Notes: generated by a model not told the origin, from the sequence alone. A stretch of 64,000 bases of DNA from Candidatus Bathyarchaeota archaeon (GCA_963782525.1 CAWAKC010000001.1:160001-224000); one strand, 5' to 3'; counted from the first letter of the stretch, positions 28,837-39,486 are shown. A program made the numbers and translations.

Positions 28837-29874
28837 TTGACCTCTGGTTTCATGAAAACGGCATCAGTAGCGGCACGTTCACTTACTTCTGGCAAACCTC
28901 ATCATGCACAATGGCTAGTCACCAGAAAATGTAACTACAAATGCCGCGGCTGCAACGTTTGGAAAGAACAAGACCAACATGAACTGACAGCCGAGGAAAT
29001 AAAGAAAGGCTTTGATATTCTGAAAAAACTCGGCATTGTCGAGCTAGTAATTTCAGGTGGAGATCCGCTGCTCCGAGAGGACATCGGCGAAATAATTGAT
29101 TATGCGTCAAAATTGTTTGTTACAACTGTCTATGATAACGGTAGTTTGGCTGAGAAAAAAATCGATCTTCTGCGGAAAGCTGATTTTGTTGCAATTTCCA
29201 TAGATAGCCTTGACGAAGCTAAGCATGATTACCTAAAAAATGTTGCTGGTGCGTGGAAAGAGGGTACTCAAGCCGTAGAAGCCCTTCATAAAGAAGGAAT
29301 AAAAGTCAGTGTTACCCCCACGATTTCCCAGAGGAACCTCAACGAAATCATAGAACTAACTAATTATTATACTACCAAAGGAATCCCAGTTTGGTATTGC
29401 CTCTACTCCTACGATACTTCGATAGATAGGAAACAGTTGTTTAGGATTGGCAAAGAAAACGACGATTTAGTGATAACGGATAAGCAAGCGATTGTTAACT
29501 TATGCAATCAGCTTATTGAGATGAAGAAGAAAAACAGGAAAATACTCATGACGGATAAACTGCTTCTGGCGATGCGGAGTCTGCATGAGGAAAATAGCAA
29601 AAGAACTTGGAAATGCCAGGCGCTAAATCAATTTCTAGTAGTTGACCACTTGGGAAGAGTTGCAGGCTGCCACAGCCACAATTTTGCCGGGTCAATCTTT
29701 GATTTACCAAAAAAATGGAAAAGCCCAGAATTCAAAAAACTACGAGAGTCCTACCATGAATGTACTCAATGTAACTATCTCTGCTACGTGTTCTATTCAC
29801 TACACGGAAGCCCCAGCGGTCACATATCGCTAGCAAAAGACCAATGGAAAAACGCAAAGTTACTATTCAAATAA
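28837..29874 (+). CDS. Radical SAM protein with SPASM/twitch-like C-terminus
   Basis: CNYKCRGC, SGGDPLLR; C-terminal C...G.V.GC...CTQC...C. Confidence 0.88.
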   Translation: MTSGFMKTASVAARSLTSGKPHHAQWLVTRKCNYKCRGCNVWKEQDQHELTAEEIKKGFDILKKLGIVELVISGGDPLLREDIGEIIDYASKLFVTTVYDNGSLAEKKIDLLRKADFVAISIDSLDEAKHDYLKNVAGAWKEGTQAVEALHKEGIKVSVTPTISQRNLNEIIELTNYYTTKGIPVWYCLYSYDTSIDRKQLFRIGKENDDLVITDKQAIVNLCNQLIEMKKKNRKILMTDKLLLAMRSLHEENSKRTWKCQALNQFLVVDHLGRVAGCHSHNFAGSIFDLPKKWKSPEFKKLRESYHECTQCNYLCYVFYSLHGSPSGHISLAKDQWKNAKLLFK

Positions 29875-30150
29875 ACTTAGGCTTCCACATTCTTAACGCC
29901 ACATATCTTACTCTTCAATGACCGAAGGGTATTCTATTTTTGATTCGTTTTCGATGTTGACTAAAGTTTTTTTGGCACTTAAAAAATTTTTGTTCAAAGC
30001 ATCAGAACAGAGAACGATGGTTTCAACCAAGAGAATTGACACTATTCGGTTTAAAGTCTTCACCTCTATGTCCCTTCCTGAAAGATTCTGCTTTAAAAGG
30101 GGTAGTTTTGAAGTTTTAAGCACAATGGAACTAAGGTATGGAAGCAAGTT

Positions 30151-30780
30151 CTATTTGCCCACCTGGTCCTGGAGAGCCACATTGTCGATTACTCTGCATA
30201 GAACCGCAAAAACTTCAGCCGCACTCAAGTTATCAGTATCTAAAACGAAATCAAACGGCTTGTAATCCTCACCTAAAACAAACCCATACAGCGCCTTGTA
30301 GATGGCTTTAGTATGAGCTTCTTTTTCTTTGAGCACCTCAAGTGCTTCTGCAACACTCATGTTATCTCGGTCAGCAACTCTTGCCGCCCTTTTCTCGAAT
30401 GATGCTTCAAGCCAAATTTTGAAACCATCCGTCAACAGCCAAGGCATCGTCCAGCTATCCAAGAGAACATTTCCTTGCTGGGCGCATTCTAATAGCTTGT
30501 CGTCGACTTCCTTGTCAAATTTTGTGTCACTGACTCTTTTGTTGAGAAATTTTAATCCCTCTGGACTTTCCCACCATCCCCGAACCGAAACGTCATAACC
30601 TTCTTTCTTTGCCAATTCCTTCAAAACATCGCCGCCAGAGAAGTATCTCAGATGGTATTTTTCAGCGAGTTTCTTTGACAACGTGCTCTTGCCGGTTCCA
30701 GCCATTCCAGATATGCAAATTACTGTTTTTTGGGGGGCTACGCAGTTTTTTTGTTGTTTGGCCATTTGGCGTTCACTCAT
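30151..30780 (-). CDS. cmk: Cytidylate kinase (archaeal type)
   Basis: ISGMAGTGKST; position at the end of the secY cluster. Confidence 0.88.
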   Translation of the reverse strand: MSERQMAKQQKNCVAPQKTVICISGMAGTGKSTLSKKLAEKYHLRYFSGGDVLKELAKKEGYDVSVRGWWESPEGLKFLNKRVSDTKFDKEVDDKLLECAQQGNVLLDSWTMPWLLTDGFKIWLEASFEKRAARVADRDNMSVAEALEVLKEKEAHTKAIYKALYGFVLGEDYKPFDFVLDTDNLSAAEVFAVLCRVIDNVALQDQVGK

Positions 30781-30786
30781 TTTTGT

Positions 30787-31314
30787 TTAGACTGCGCCTT
30801 GTTCGATTGGCATTATGCCTATTATGCGTGAGGATAGAAGTCCGAAGAACAGTGAACATATTGGGTACCAGTAGAACACTGGGATTGCATTGGGAGACAC
30901 AACTGTTACTCCATTAACTATGTGATGAGCATTTGCAATCGTGCCAATACCAGGTATGAAAGCCATCTGAGTACTTCCAAACACAGGTGTTAATACTAAG
31001 AACCAAACTATAAGATAGACAAAGGATATTCCGAATTGAACCATTTGAGGCTTCATCATTTTCGCTTGCATATTTTTGATTTGCGAATCTTTCTTTTTTA
31101 GTTTTTCTACCTGTTTTTTATCGTTAGCACGCATAGCCGCCATTGTTTCTGAGCGGTACTCCGCCATTTCTTTCTGCATAACGCGGTATTGTTCCCAACC
31201 TACGAAGTAGTTAATTAAAACTCTGTTGATTCCAGAGTTTAAGAAAGCAATTCCAGCTGCAATAGCCATTATGATTAATGTTGCCAGAGGCAACGAAGTA
31301 ACTACTTCAGACAT
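30787..31314 (-). CDS. DUF106 / EMC3-TMCO1 (Oxa1 superfamily) membrane protein
   Basis: TM, coiled coil, MMKP, TM...WY..CS; downstream of secY. Confidence 0.85.
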   Translation of the reverse strand: MSEVVTSLPLATLIIMAIAAGIAFLNSGINRVLINYFVGWEQYRVMQKEMAEYRSETMAAMRANDKKQVEKLKKKDSQIKNMQAKMMKPQMVQFGISFVYLIVWFLVLTPVFGSTQMAFIPGIGTIANAHHIVNGVTVVSPNAIPVFYWYPICSLFFGLLSSRIIGIMPIEQGAV

Positions 31315-31519
31315 GATGTTTTTCCTCTTGCCACTTTAAGTCTATGCCTACATGTTTCTTGTTAATAACCATTTTCACTTCTTTAGGCATTAAACTGGTA
31401 CATGAAACCGAATTTTTAATCGAAGAAAAAGTTGACCGGCCCTATTTTTGAACTCGAACCAGTAACTAAAAAAATAAAGTCGGGTATTTCCCAACGTTTT
31501 TTTTCCTGCGACGTTTAGG

Positions 31520-32944
31520 CTATTCGCCCAATATTCTTCTAAACGCTGGGAACATTTCTGCTGCGCGTTCACGCATCAGTAACTCGTAGTACTGGTAGAT
31601 GATGCCTACTGACAGCAAGATACCTGTGCCTGAACCGAAGGCACCTAGGAAGTCGGATACTCCAGCCACAAGCCCAACGATTATACCTCCTAACACCGTA
31701 ACTACTGGAATGTAGCGTTTTAGGATGGCTTCGATAGGTCTTCCTGAGCGTCGATAGCCTGGAATTTGCATGCCACTGTCCATGAGTTGTTTAGCGACTT
31801 TTGAGGGTCCTAAACCGCCTACTTCAAGCCAAATCAATGAAAAGACGGCACAGAAGGCTATGATTATGCCTAGGTAAGCGAAAGCTTGTATGGGTGCTTG
31901 TATGACGCCCTGAATGTTGCGGGGGGCAGTCACGTAGTATGCCAAGCCGCCTACTGGTGTAACGCTTGTGCCGTTGCTTGAGGTTGTTTGGTTGAAGTCG
32001 CCAATTATTTGGAAGAAGAGATTGGTGCCTGGGGCAGGTCGTCCAAATTGTGCCCAAAGGAGTTGGCCGAAGAAGTACACGTTTGCAAATAATGCTGAGG
32101 CAAAGATGACTGGCAAGTTTGAAACGTATAGCAATTTAATTGGGTATCTGCTACGGAAGCCTTTGTACCCTGCGTAACTCATTGGAAGCTCAATTCGGAT
32201 GCCTTGCAAGTAGATAACTATGAGGAATACTGCGATTGTGGCGAAGAACCCCAGCAATGATGGATAGACGCCCCCTGCTGAACCGAAGGCCCATTGAACT
32301 AAACTTTGTTGTCCGCCTAAGAGGGATGAAAGTGAACCAACGAATAAGCCAGTTGGAGGCGAGAAGGTTGACCACAGAATGTTCTGGGCGACACCAGCCA
32401 TAATGAATAAGCTGATTCCGCTGCCTAGCCCCCAGCCCTTTTGGACGAGTTCATCCATTAACATCACAATTACACCCGTAATTATCAATTGTATGAAAAT
32501 TACTATTATCACTGGTCCAGCAAGGTTTGTTCCATACATGCCGCTTAGAATGTATGCACCTGCTTGGATAGCGGTAAGGACGATGGTGAAGACTTTGCTT
32601 GCCGAGGTAAAGAGTCCTCTATCTTCAGAGTTTGACATATCACACTTAATGATTGAGGAGCCGGCGAGTAACTGCAGAATTAACCCAGCCGTAACGATGG
32701 GACCAATGCCCAACTCCATTAAGGTGCCTCGGTTTGAGGCGAAAATTACTCTTAATTGACCAAACTGGTCTGATGCTGAAGTTGCAACCCCGTAGAGCGG
32801 GATTTCAGTCATGACAAGAAAAATTACGAGAACGAGTGCTGTCCAGAAGATTTTTTCGTTAAAACTGACTTTGCGCTCAGGCTTTTTGATTTCAGGTAAA
32901 ACTCTGCCTATTGGTTTGAAGAGGCTGAGGAATCTTCCGGGCAT
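31520..32944 (-). CDS. secY: Preprotein translocase SecY
   Basis: GTLMELGIGPIVTAG, GLGSGISLFI, YPIKLLYVSN, GSGTGILL. Confidence 0.98.
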   Translation of the reverse strand: MPGRFLSLFKPIGRVLPEIKKPERKVSFNEKIFWTALVLVIFLVMTEIPLYGVATSASDQFGQLRVIFASNRGTLMELGIGPIVTAGLILQLLAGSSIIKCDMSNSEDRGLFTSASKVFTIVLTAIQAGAYILSGMYGTNLAGPVIIVIFIQLIITGVIVMLMDELVQKGWGLGSGISLFIMAGVAQNILWSTFSPPTGLFVGSLSSLLGGQQSLVQWAFGSAGGVYPSLLGFFATIAVFLIVIYLQGIRIELPMSYAGYKGFRSRYPIKLLYVSNLPVIFASALFANVYFFGQLLWAQFGRPAPGTNLFFQIIGDFNQTTSSNGTSVTPVGGLAYYVTAPRNIQGVIQAPIQAFAYLGIIIAFCAVFSLIWLEVGGLGPSKVAKQLMDSGMQIPGYRRSGRPIEAILKRYIPVVTVLGGIIVGLVAGVSDFLGAFGSGTGILLSVGIIYQYYELLMRERAAEMFPAFRRILGE

Positions 32945-32953
32945 CTAGAAACT

Positions 32954-33364
32954 TTACTCTCCGTTGGCTTGGGGAGCTACGATTTTTCCGCCCGCTTGAG
33001 TGACTTTCTCTTGCGCAGTCTTCGAGAATGATGCTACATGGATGGTTAGGGGTTTAGTTATTTTTCCTGTGCCCAACAGTTTGGTGTAGCCGAGTTCAGT
33101 TAAGTTGACTTCGTTGGTTTGTGCAAGTTGATCAAGTTTGACTAGGTTTATGGCGTTTACTTTGGTGTGAAGGCTTTTAGGTGAGGTGAAGCCGTGTTTG
33201 CCGAAGTAATTGGGTTCAGATGTAACGACTAAGCTCCAGAGGTGTTTGTGACGTCCGACTTTCCTTGCGCCTTTGCTGCCTGAGTCTCGGTGTTGGCCTA
33301 TTCTTCCGTAACCTTGTGTTCTTGAGCCTCTTGTTTTCCGGATTTTTCTTAGTTTATGTGGCAT
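32954..33364 (-). CDS. rpl15: 50S ribosomal protein uL15
   Basis: RGSRTQGYGRIGQHR, FGKHGF, KLLGTG. Confidence 0.96.
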   Translation of the reverse strand: MPHKLRKIRKTRGSRTQGYGRIGQHRDSGSKGARKVGRHKHLWSLVVTSEPNYFGKHGFTSPKSLHTKVNAINLVKLDQLAQTNEVNLTELGYTKLLGTGKITKPLTIHVASFSKTAQEKVTQAGGKIVAPQANGE

Positions 33365-33797
33365 TTTGATCAGCTTCTTTATCCAATGTTTCTGCTTTTT
33401 TAAGCTTGATTTCGAGCACGCCATTCTTAAATTTGGTGTGCATCGCGTTTGGAATCACTACCGTCGGAAGATTTAAACTTTTATAGTATCTTCGATCTTT
33501 CGATTTTGCCGACAGCGTAATTTTCTGGTCTTTCACATTTATCTTGAGAGAATCCTTATTAAAGCCTACTATTTCAGCGACGATTGTTATCGTGTTGCCT
33601 TCTTGGAAAATATCTATTAGGGGTTTTTGTTCAGGTAAGCTACGTTTAGTAAAGCTTTTTGAAGGGCGGAAGTTCGTATGAGTTGGAATCGACTTGGGTC
33701 TTTTAGAGGTTTTATATGTTTCAGGTTCCTTGCCAGTCAACCCATTCAAATCTAGCCATTTCCGGTTCTTGCTTGATCTTCTCCATCTTGCACTCAT
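33354..33797 (-). CDS. Hsp20/alpha-crystallin family protein
   Basis: PLIDIF, VAEIVG, FKNGVLEIKL. Confidence 0.85.
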   Translation of the reverse strand: MSARWRRSSKNRKWLDLNGLTGKEPETYKTSKRPKSIPTHTNFRPSKSFTKRSLPEQKPLIDIFQEGNTITIVAEIVGFNKDSLKINVKDQKITLSAKSKDRRYYKSLNLPTVVIPNAMHTKFKNGVLEIKLKKAETLDKEADQNAT

Positions 33798-34174
33798 TTT
33801 GTCTCTTTCCCCCTCTCCGATTAACTAACGCATTTCTCTGATGACATTATAAAACGTATCGCACATAAAGGGTGACAAAACACCTGAACAATACGAAGCA
33901 AAATATCCATGAAAACGGCGATTGAGTGGCGGTTTGACGGAGATGAATAGGATGCTTTGGCGTAAATTTAGAAAGTAAGCGGTAGTTCGTGGTTTTAACA
34001 TTCATCTGGCTTGGAAAGCTGCCAATACGGCTCCCTTATAGGTTCTGCATTGATAAACTATTTTGGACACAAATATGCAGTTTTAGAAAGTAAGATAATG
34101 AATAAATGGATGTGTTTTTGTTGCTAAAAGGAGTAACAAGTAAGGCTTATTTGCAAGTTTTTTCAATTGCTTTT

Positions 34175-34608
34175 ATGAGTAGTTCAATTGACGTTGATAC
34201 AGTCTTTATTATAATTCAAATAGTAATCGTTTTCATGCTTATTCTTGGGTTGCCATTGGCGAGGGGAGCACAAAATAGAAAAACCTGAGTAGACAGGGCT
34301 ATTTACCAATTTTTGCATTAGTCCTACGTACCCTTATGATCATCATCGTTATGGTGTTTTTAGCTATGGATGGTTTTATTCCAATAAAAGATTTGTCCAT
34401 GCCAAGAAGCTTATTTGTCGTTGTTTTTCATATGGTCATTGGGCGGTAGCGTTGGGATTAGGTTACGCGGTTATAGGTTTTTGGTTATCAAAACCTGTGG
34501 GAAACATGAATTGTTACGGAGCCATAAAAACTTATGTTACCGACTCTCATAACGTGGATCGTTTCACTTGTATTGGGTATAATCATGCATTTCTTTGAAA
34601 TTTTTTAA
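34175..34608 (+). pseudogene. Degraded 4-TM membrane protein gene (DUF420-like)
   Basis: Four hydrophobic segments recoverable only across 3 frameshifts. Confidence 0.5.
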
Positions 34609-34712
34609 TACTTTTGTCAGTAAAAATTTAATTAACGAAAGGCTACACGATAACGTTGAATTAAAAATTGTAGAAAAGTTGAATAAAATAGAATGATAAT
34701 TGCGCTGGTTGT

Positions 34713-35201
34713 TTAGACCATGCGTTGAACTAGTTCATTGATTGCTTCTCCACGGTAGCCTGCTTCGCCGCCTGCTTTGAAGCCTTTTTTGGTTTTGCCT
34801 TTGTAGCCTTTGCTTGGCGGATGGAGCCGGAAGCGCGCGACTATGTCTGGGAGTTTGCCGTATTGTACTTTGCATGACACGATGTCTTCTACGAGGTCAT
34901 CAACGTTTTTGTAGCCGATTTTTGTGAGGTATTCGCTGGTTAGTTTTTTGTCGCCTGCTAAGAGTGCACGTTTCTGTATCATCAGAGCTACGGTTTCTTT
35001 GGTGGGTTCACCGTAGGTTACGTAGCTGTTTATGCGTTGCAGCATGCCTTTGTAGGCGGGTCGGCTGTCGATTAGGACCGCATGGTTTGTGTGGCTTAAG
35101 TGGAGTAGGTTAAGTGTTTCTCTGGCTTCGCGTTGTGCGCTGACGGTTCCTCGGATTCTAACAACGACTAGTGGTTTGCATTCTTCGGTTTTCTGTGCCA
35201 T
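34713..35201 (-). CDS. rpl30: 50S ribosomal protein uL30
   Basis: VVRIRG, YVTYGE, FRLHPP, GYRGEAINEL. Confidence 0.96.
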   Translation of the reverse strand: MAQKTEECKPLVVVRIRGTVSAQREARETLNLLHLSHTNHAVLIDSRPAYKGMLQRINSYVTYGEPTKETVALMIQKRALLAGDKKLTSEYLTKIGYKNVDDLVEDIVSCKVQYGKLPDIVARFRLHPPSKGYKGKTKKGFKAGGEAGYRGEAINELVQRMV

Positions 35202-35202
35202 T

Positions 35203-35859
35203 TTACCTCACCCAGTCCACTGTGGTAATCAAATTATAAGTCTTCCGTAACCCATCAAAGATTGCGCATGCATAAGACGGCACGGTTCTTGTGGAGCCGT
35301 AGCTTCTCATCCAAAGATCTTTGACGCCTGCTAAACCTAAGATTACTTTGGCCACTTCGCTTGAAACCAAGCCTAAGCCTCTTGGTCCTGGAACGATTAC
35401 TACTCGGACACCGCCACATTTGCCTTCCACTTCGAATGGAACAGAGTGTGGTTTTCCGCATCCGCATTCCCAACTTCCGCATCCACGTTTAACCGGGATG
35501 ATGTTGAGGCGGGCGTTTACTGCTGCTTTTTCGATAGCGTTTCGAACTTGGCTGGCTTTTCCGCTGCCTAAGCCGATGTAGCCGTCTCGGTTGCCGACTG
35601 CAACTATAGCTTTGAAACGGGATTTTTCGCCTGCGTCAGTTTGTTTCTGGACTAAGTTAACGTTTATGACTTCTTCTTGCAAGTCAGGAATCAAGGAGTC
35701 AACGATTTGTGACTCTGAGATTTTTATGCCTGATAGGAAGAGGTCTTCGATGCTTGTGATTTTGCCTTCCTGTATCATCTTGCCTAGTCTGGTTTTTGGT
35801 ATCCAGGCTTCTAAGTTAGTTGTTCGTTTTTCTCTTTCGTTTCGGTTTCTACTGCTCAT
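35203..35859 (-). CDS. rps5: 30S ribosomal protein uS5
   Basis: WIPKTRLG, QKQTDAGE, GCGSWECGC, PRGLGL. Confidence 0.98.
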   Translation of the reverse strand: MSSRNRNEREKRTTNLEAWIPKTRLGKMIQEGKITSIEDLFLSGIKISESQIVDSLIPDLQEEVINVNLVQKQTDAGEKSRFKAIVAVGNRDGYIGLGSGKASQVRNAIEKAAVNARLNIIPVKRGCGSWECGCGKPHSVPFEVEGKCGGVRVVIVPGPRGLGLVSSEVAKVILGLAGVKDLWMRSYGSTRTVPSYACAIFDGLRKTYNLITTVDWVR

Positions 35860-36800
35860 TCTTTCTTTCCACCTTTCTTAGCGGTCTTTGGTTTCGGCTC
35901 TTTTTCTTTAGGTGCTGATTCTTTTGTTGCAGCCTTCTCTTTAGTTGCTTTTTCTTTGGGCGCTTTCTCTTTGGTTACTGTTGCTTTTGCTTTAGATGCC
36001 TTCTTCTCTTTTGGGGCTTTTTCTTTGGTTGTTTTGGCTGCAGCTTTTTCTTTAACAGATGCAACTTCTGGTAGTTTTTCTTCTTTTGCTTTAGCTGGAG
36101 CCTTTTCTTTAGGAGCAGCTGCTTTGGGGGCTGGTGCTGCTTCGACTGCTGCCTTAGGAGCTTTTTCTTTTGGAGCAGCTTTTGGTTTGATGGCTTCTGG
36201 CGGTAATTTTGCGCTCTTAGTTCCAGCCATGATGTCAGCCTTAACTTTAGCGAAGTGCTCACCGATTTTTTCTGGAGCCACACCTTGCGCGTTGTACTGT
36301 GAGAATTTAGCGGTGTATTCTTCTGAGCCTACGCCTATGCTTTTAGCGTATTTTGCTATGTGGTCACCTTTCACGCGTTCTTTAACGATTTTTTCTTCGC
36401 TATGGGGAACCGCTACGCCTGCGTCTACGACACCGCTTAAGACAGCGAAGCTTCGTGAACCTTTTGTTGGTGAAACCAAGCCAAGGTCAAGGACTGCATC
36501 TTTGATGCCAGCCGCTTTAGCTTTCAAACCAGCCAATAACCCTGTTAGGTAAGCGGCGGGGATGTTACCTGTTGGAGCTCTCCAACCGTAAGATTTTATA
36601 AGTTCATGGCTGTTGGCTGACGCTAAAACTTCGTCGCCATGGGGCTTAGCAATTATTATTTGAACTTCAACATTTTTGTTGGACCCCCTTGTAACAAGCC
36701 GTGGTTTTCTGGATGTGACCAGAGCCTTGCGTGCTTGATAATCGGTTTTTCCTTCGCGTCTGCGTCGCAGTTGTACTCTGTAATTTGCTTTTTTCGCCAT
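35856..36800 (-). CDS. rpl18: 50S ribosomal protein uL18 with a long K/A/P/E-rich tail
   Basis: RRRREGKTDY..R, AAYLTG; about 120-aa tail of KEKAPK-type repeats. Confidence 0.96.
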   Translation of the reverse strand: MAKKANYRVQLRRRREGKTDYQARKALVTSRKPRLVTRGSNKNVEVQIIIAKPHGDEVLASANSHELIKSYGWRAPTGNIPAAYLTGLLAGLKAKAAGIKDAVLDLGLVSPTKGSRSFAVLSGVVDAGVAVPHSEEKIVKERVKGDHIAKYAKSIGVGSEEYTAKFSQYNAQGVAPEKIGEHFAKVKADIMAGTKSAKLPPEAIKPKAAPKEKAPKAAVEAAPAPKAAAPKEKAPAKAKEEKLPEVASVKEKAAAKTTKEKAPKEKKASKAKATVTKEKAPKEKATKEKAATKESAPKEKEPKPKTAKKGGKKE

Positions 36801-37256
36801 CTAACGTTTCCTCCATAAATCATGCGCTTTCAAATTGCGCTCTAAGTCAGCAATAGACTCAAACCTTCCGCTGCCTGCCATCCTGTAGTATTGGGTGTAG
36901 GTGGTTTCGGTTATGACTTTTCTTGCTTTCAAATCTCTTAGCTTGCGCCGTAGAGAACGGATTCTTATCATCCAAGCTTCTTTCTTGGTGACTTTTGCGT
37001 GGCCTGCACCTTTGAGGCTTCCTGGACCGCTTCGTCTGCCCTTAAGTTTCTTAGCTCGGATAACTTTTGCTCGTGACCTGCTTACGCCTATCTCAGGCAA
37101 TGAAACGATAATTTTCTCGTGAATCAGTTTTCTTACTTCTTCACGTGTAATCGCGCCTTCAACATCGTCCATGCGTTCAGGATTAATCCAAACACGGTTC
37201 TGCCCAATCTTTAAGATTCTGGCAGCTAAACGTCTTTGTCCGCTTAAGTCAGTCAT
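36801..37256 (-). CDS. rpl19e: 50S ribosomal protein eL19
   Basis: QRRLAA..L, RVWINP, GPGS.KG, WMIRIR. Confidence 0.97.
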   Translation of the reverse strand: MTDLSGQRRLAARILKIGQNRVWINPERMDDVEGAITREEVRKLIHEKIIVSLPEIGVSRSRAKVIRAKKLKGRRSGPGSLKGAGHAKVTKKEAWMIRIRSLRRKLRDLKARKVITETTYTQYYRMAGSGRFESIADLERNLKAHDLWRKR

Positions 37257-37813
37257 TGTTTCTTTTCTCCCTTCTTTGGTTTAGGCTTTGCTTTTTCCTT
37301 TTTAGGAGCTTTCTTTTTGGTTTCTTTCTTGGGCGTCTCTTCTTTGACTGTTTTCTCTTCCACTTCGGCCTCTGGCGCTTCGCCTTCGGCTTCCTCGGTT
37401 TTTTCTTTGGTTTCCTTAGAGACTTTGATGTTTAAGATTTTGATGTTAAGGGCTTTTGCTTCCGCAATGATTAGGGCACGTTTTCTTTTGCCTACGGTAT
37501 GTGCGATGCGTGCTGCTTGAGTGTTAGGGTCGATAGTCGATAGGTCCGCTATATTGAAGACTATGACTTCGCGGTATCCTGATGGATGAAGGAATCGGGC
37601 TATTTTGGGTCCCTTGTAGCCCATGCTGGGTCCTGGAGGCCAACCTTTGATTTTTCGGCGTATCTTGTTGTCTAAGCCGCGGGGGCGTCTCCAGCTTAAG
37701 CTGAAGCGGTCGTATTTCCAGCTCTCAGCCCTTACGAATTTGGGTTTTTTGTTCCTTGCGCGCTCTCTAACTTTGAGTGCTTCGCGTGATGGAGACTGTT
37801 TCTTTTCGGTCAT
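37253..37813 (-). CDS. rpl32e: 50S ribosomal protein eL32 with charged tail
   Basis: WRRPRGLDNKIR, LHPSG. Confidence 0.97.
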   Translation of the reverse strand: MTEKKQSPSREALKVRERARNKKPKFVRAESWKYDRFSLSWRRPRGLDNKIRRKIKGWPPGPSMGYKGPKIARFLHPSGYREVIVFNIADLSTIDPNTQAARIAHTVGKRKRALIIAEAKALNIKILNIKVSKETKEKTEEAEGEAPEAEVEEKTVKEETPKKETKKKAPKKEKAKPKPKKGEKKQ

Positions 37814-38358
37814 TATGCCATTCCTTCGTTTCTTTCATATACGAATATGCCGTCGAGGAAAACTCGGGGATCCTTGTTTCGAACACGGGTTGCTTGTTCA
37901 ATGTTGGCAGCGGTTTGGCTTACTTCTTCCAAGTTTGCGCCTTCAACAATGATGTCATCGGGTTCAATCTTCACCTTGATATTGCCAGTTAATTTTATTC
38001 TGCGAGGTCTGCGTTCGCCTGTAAAGTTTTCAATCAAGATGGATTTGTCCTGTAGCTTTACTGATATTGGAAAGTGTGAGAAGACTATTTTGAGTTTGTA
38101 TTGGTAGCCTTTTGTTACGCCTGTTATCATGTTGTTAATGTGTGAGTAGATGGTACCTACGAGAGCAGCTTCCTTTTTGCGCGGCCACTTGGCTGAGATG
38201 CGGACGTTTTTACCTTCGCCTTCGATTGAGATTGAAGCAAACGAGAAGTCGCGTGTTAATGTTCCTTTGGCGCCTTTGACACTGATTTTTTTGCCCTCTA
38301 ACGTTAAGTTTACATCGTTTGGAACTTGAACAGTTTTAGATATTTCTGGAAGCCGCAT
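37813..38358 (-). CDS. rpl6: 50S ribosomal protein uL6
   Basis: HFPI, NFTGER, KDPRVFLDGI. Confidence 0.97.
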   Translation of the reverse strand: MRLPEISKTVQVPNDVNLTLEGKKISVKGAKGTLTRDFSFASISIEGEGKNVRISAKWPRKKEAALVGTIYSHINNMITGVTKGYQYKLKIVFSHFPISVKLQDKSILIENFTGERRPRRIKLTGNIKVKIEPDDIIVEGANLEEVSQTAANIEQATRVRNKDPRVFLDGIFVYERNEGMA

Positions 38359-38369
38359 AAGTTACACTC

Positions 38370-38753
38370 CTAATACACGAAGGCTAAGAGCCTTCCTCCA
38401 AGGTTTTTTTCTTCAGCATCTTTGTGAGCGATTACGCCTTTTGATGTTGAAACGACCATTATACCTACATCTCTTGAGGGTAGGAATTTCTTTTCCCATC
38501 CTTCGAATTCGTCAACTTTAACGGCGAAGCGTGGTTTAACTGGACCGCACTTGTTGATTCTGCCCAGCAGTTGAACTTTGAATTTGCCTTGTCGTCCGTC
38601 ATCGATGAATTCGAATTCTCCGATGTAACCGTTAAGTTGCATGATGCGTAGAACGCGTCCCAAAAGTTTAGAGGCAGGGCTAATTATGCATTCACGCTTG
38701 TTACGTGTTTCGTTGTTCTTGATGGTTATCAAACCATTTGTTAAGGTGTCCAT
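38370..38753 (-). CDS. rps8: 30S ribosomal protein uS8
   Basis: GYIGEFEFIDDGR, GRINKCG, GGRLLAFVY. Confidence 0.98.
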   Translation of the reverse strand: MDTLTNGLITIKNNETRNKRECIISPASKLLGRVLRIMQLNGYIGEFEFIDDGRQGKFKVQLLGRINKCGPVKPRFAVKVDEFEGWEKKFLPSRDVGIMVVSTSKGVIAHKDAEEKNLGGRLLAFVY

Positions 38754-38765
38754 TTTTTTTAGCTC

Positions 38766-38930
38766 CTACTCATATTTTTTGAACCCTAATTTTGGGGCTG
38801 CTTCTCTAAAGCATGTTCTACATAGATATAAATCGTAACGTCTGATGACTGGTCCATACGAGCCACATCTAACACATGGGCGTGAACCTTTGCCGTATTT
38901 TCTTACTTTCTTAACTTGCTGTTTTCCCAT
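38766..38930 (-). CDS. rps14: 30S ribosomal protein uS14 (Zn-binding; not in ORF track)
   Basis: [54 protein letters not shown]. Confidence 0.97.
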   Translation of the reverse strand: MGKQQVKKVRKYGKGSRPCVRCGSYGPVIRRYDLYLCRTCFREAAPKLGFKKYE

Positions 38931-38946
38931 ACATTCACTCTCTGGT

Positions 38947-39486
38947 TTAGACGATTTCGACTCCTAAGGTTTGTTTTATGAAGATGATTGATTCTTCAGG
39001 TGTTAAGAGATGTTTTGGACCGATGGTCTTGTTTTGTTTTCGGCGGATTCTGATTCTCTGTCCAGGGCGGTTAACGGCTACGCAGACGTCCATGCCGAAG
39101 ATGCCGATATCTGGATCATATTTCACGCCTGGAATTTCGATGTGTTCTTTTAGGCCGAAGGCAAAGTTGCCACGTTCGTCGAAGGAACGTTTCGAAACTT
39201 TGTTGTCCACTACCGGTAGCACTTTTTTGAGGAAATCCACCGCTTTTTGTTTGCGTAAAGTTACGACGACTGCGATTGACTCGCCTTCGCGTATGCCGAA
39301 GTCTCGAATGGTTTTTTTAGCTTTCTTTTTGACGGGTGTTTGACCGGTGATTTCTTGGAGAACTTTGTTAGCTTTCTCGAGTGGTTCGCCTGATTTGCCA
39401 ACGTTAAGGTTTACGACAACTTTGTCGATTCGTGGTTTAAGCATTGGATGCTGTTCCCAATTACTGATTATTGCTTCTTCAGACAA
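38947..39486 (-). CDS. rpl5: 50S ribosomal protein uL5
   Basis: KVVVN..VG, FGIR, GNFAFG..EHI, GIFGMD. Confidence 0.98.
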   Translation of the reverse strand: MSEEAIISNWEQHPMLKPRIDKVVVNLNVGKSGEPLEKANKVLQEITGQTPVKKKAKKTIRDFGIREGESIAVVVTLRKQKAVDFLKKVLPVVDNKVSKRSFDERGNFAFGLKEHIEIPGVKYDPDIGIFGMDVCVAVNRPGQRIRIRRKQNKTIGPKHLLTPEESIIFIKQTLGVEIV

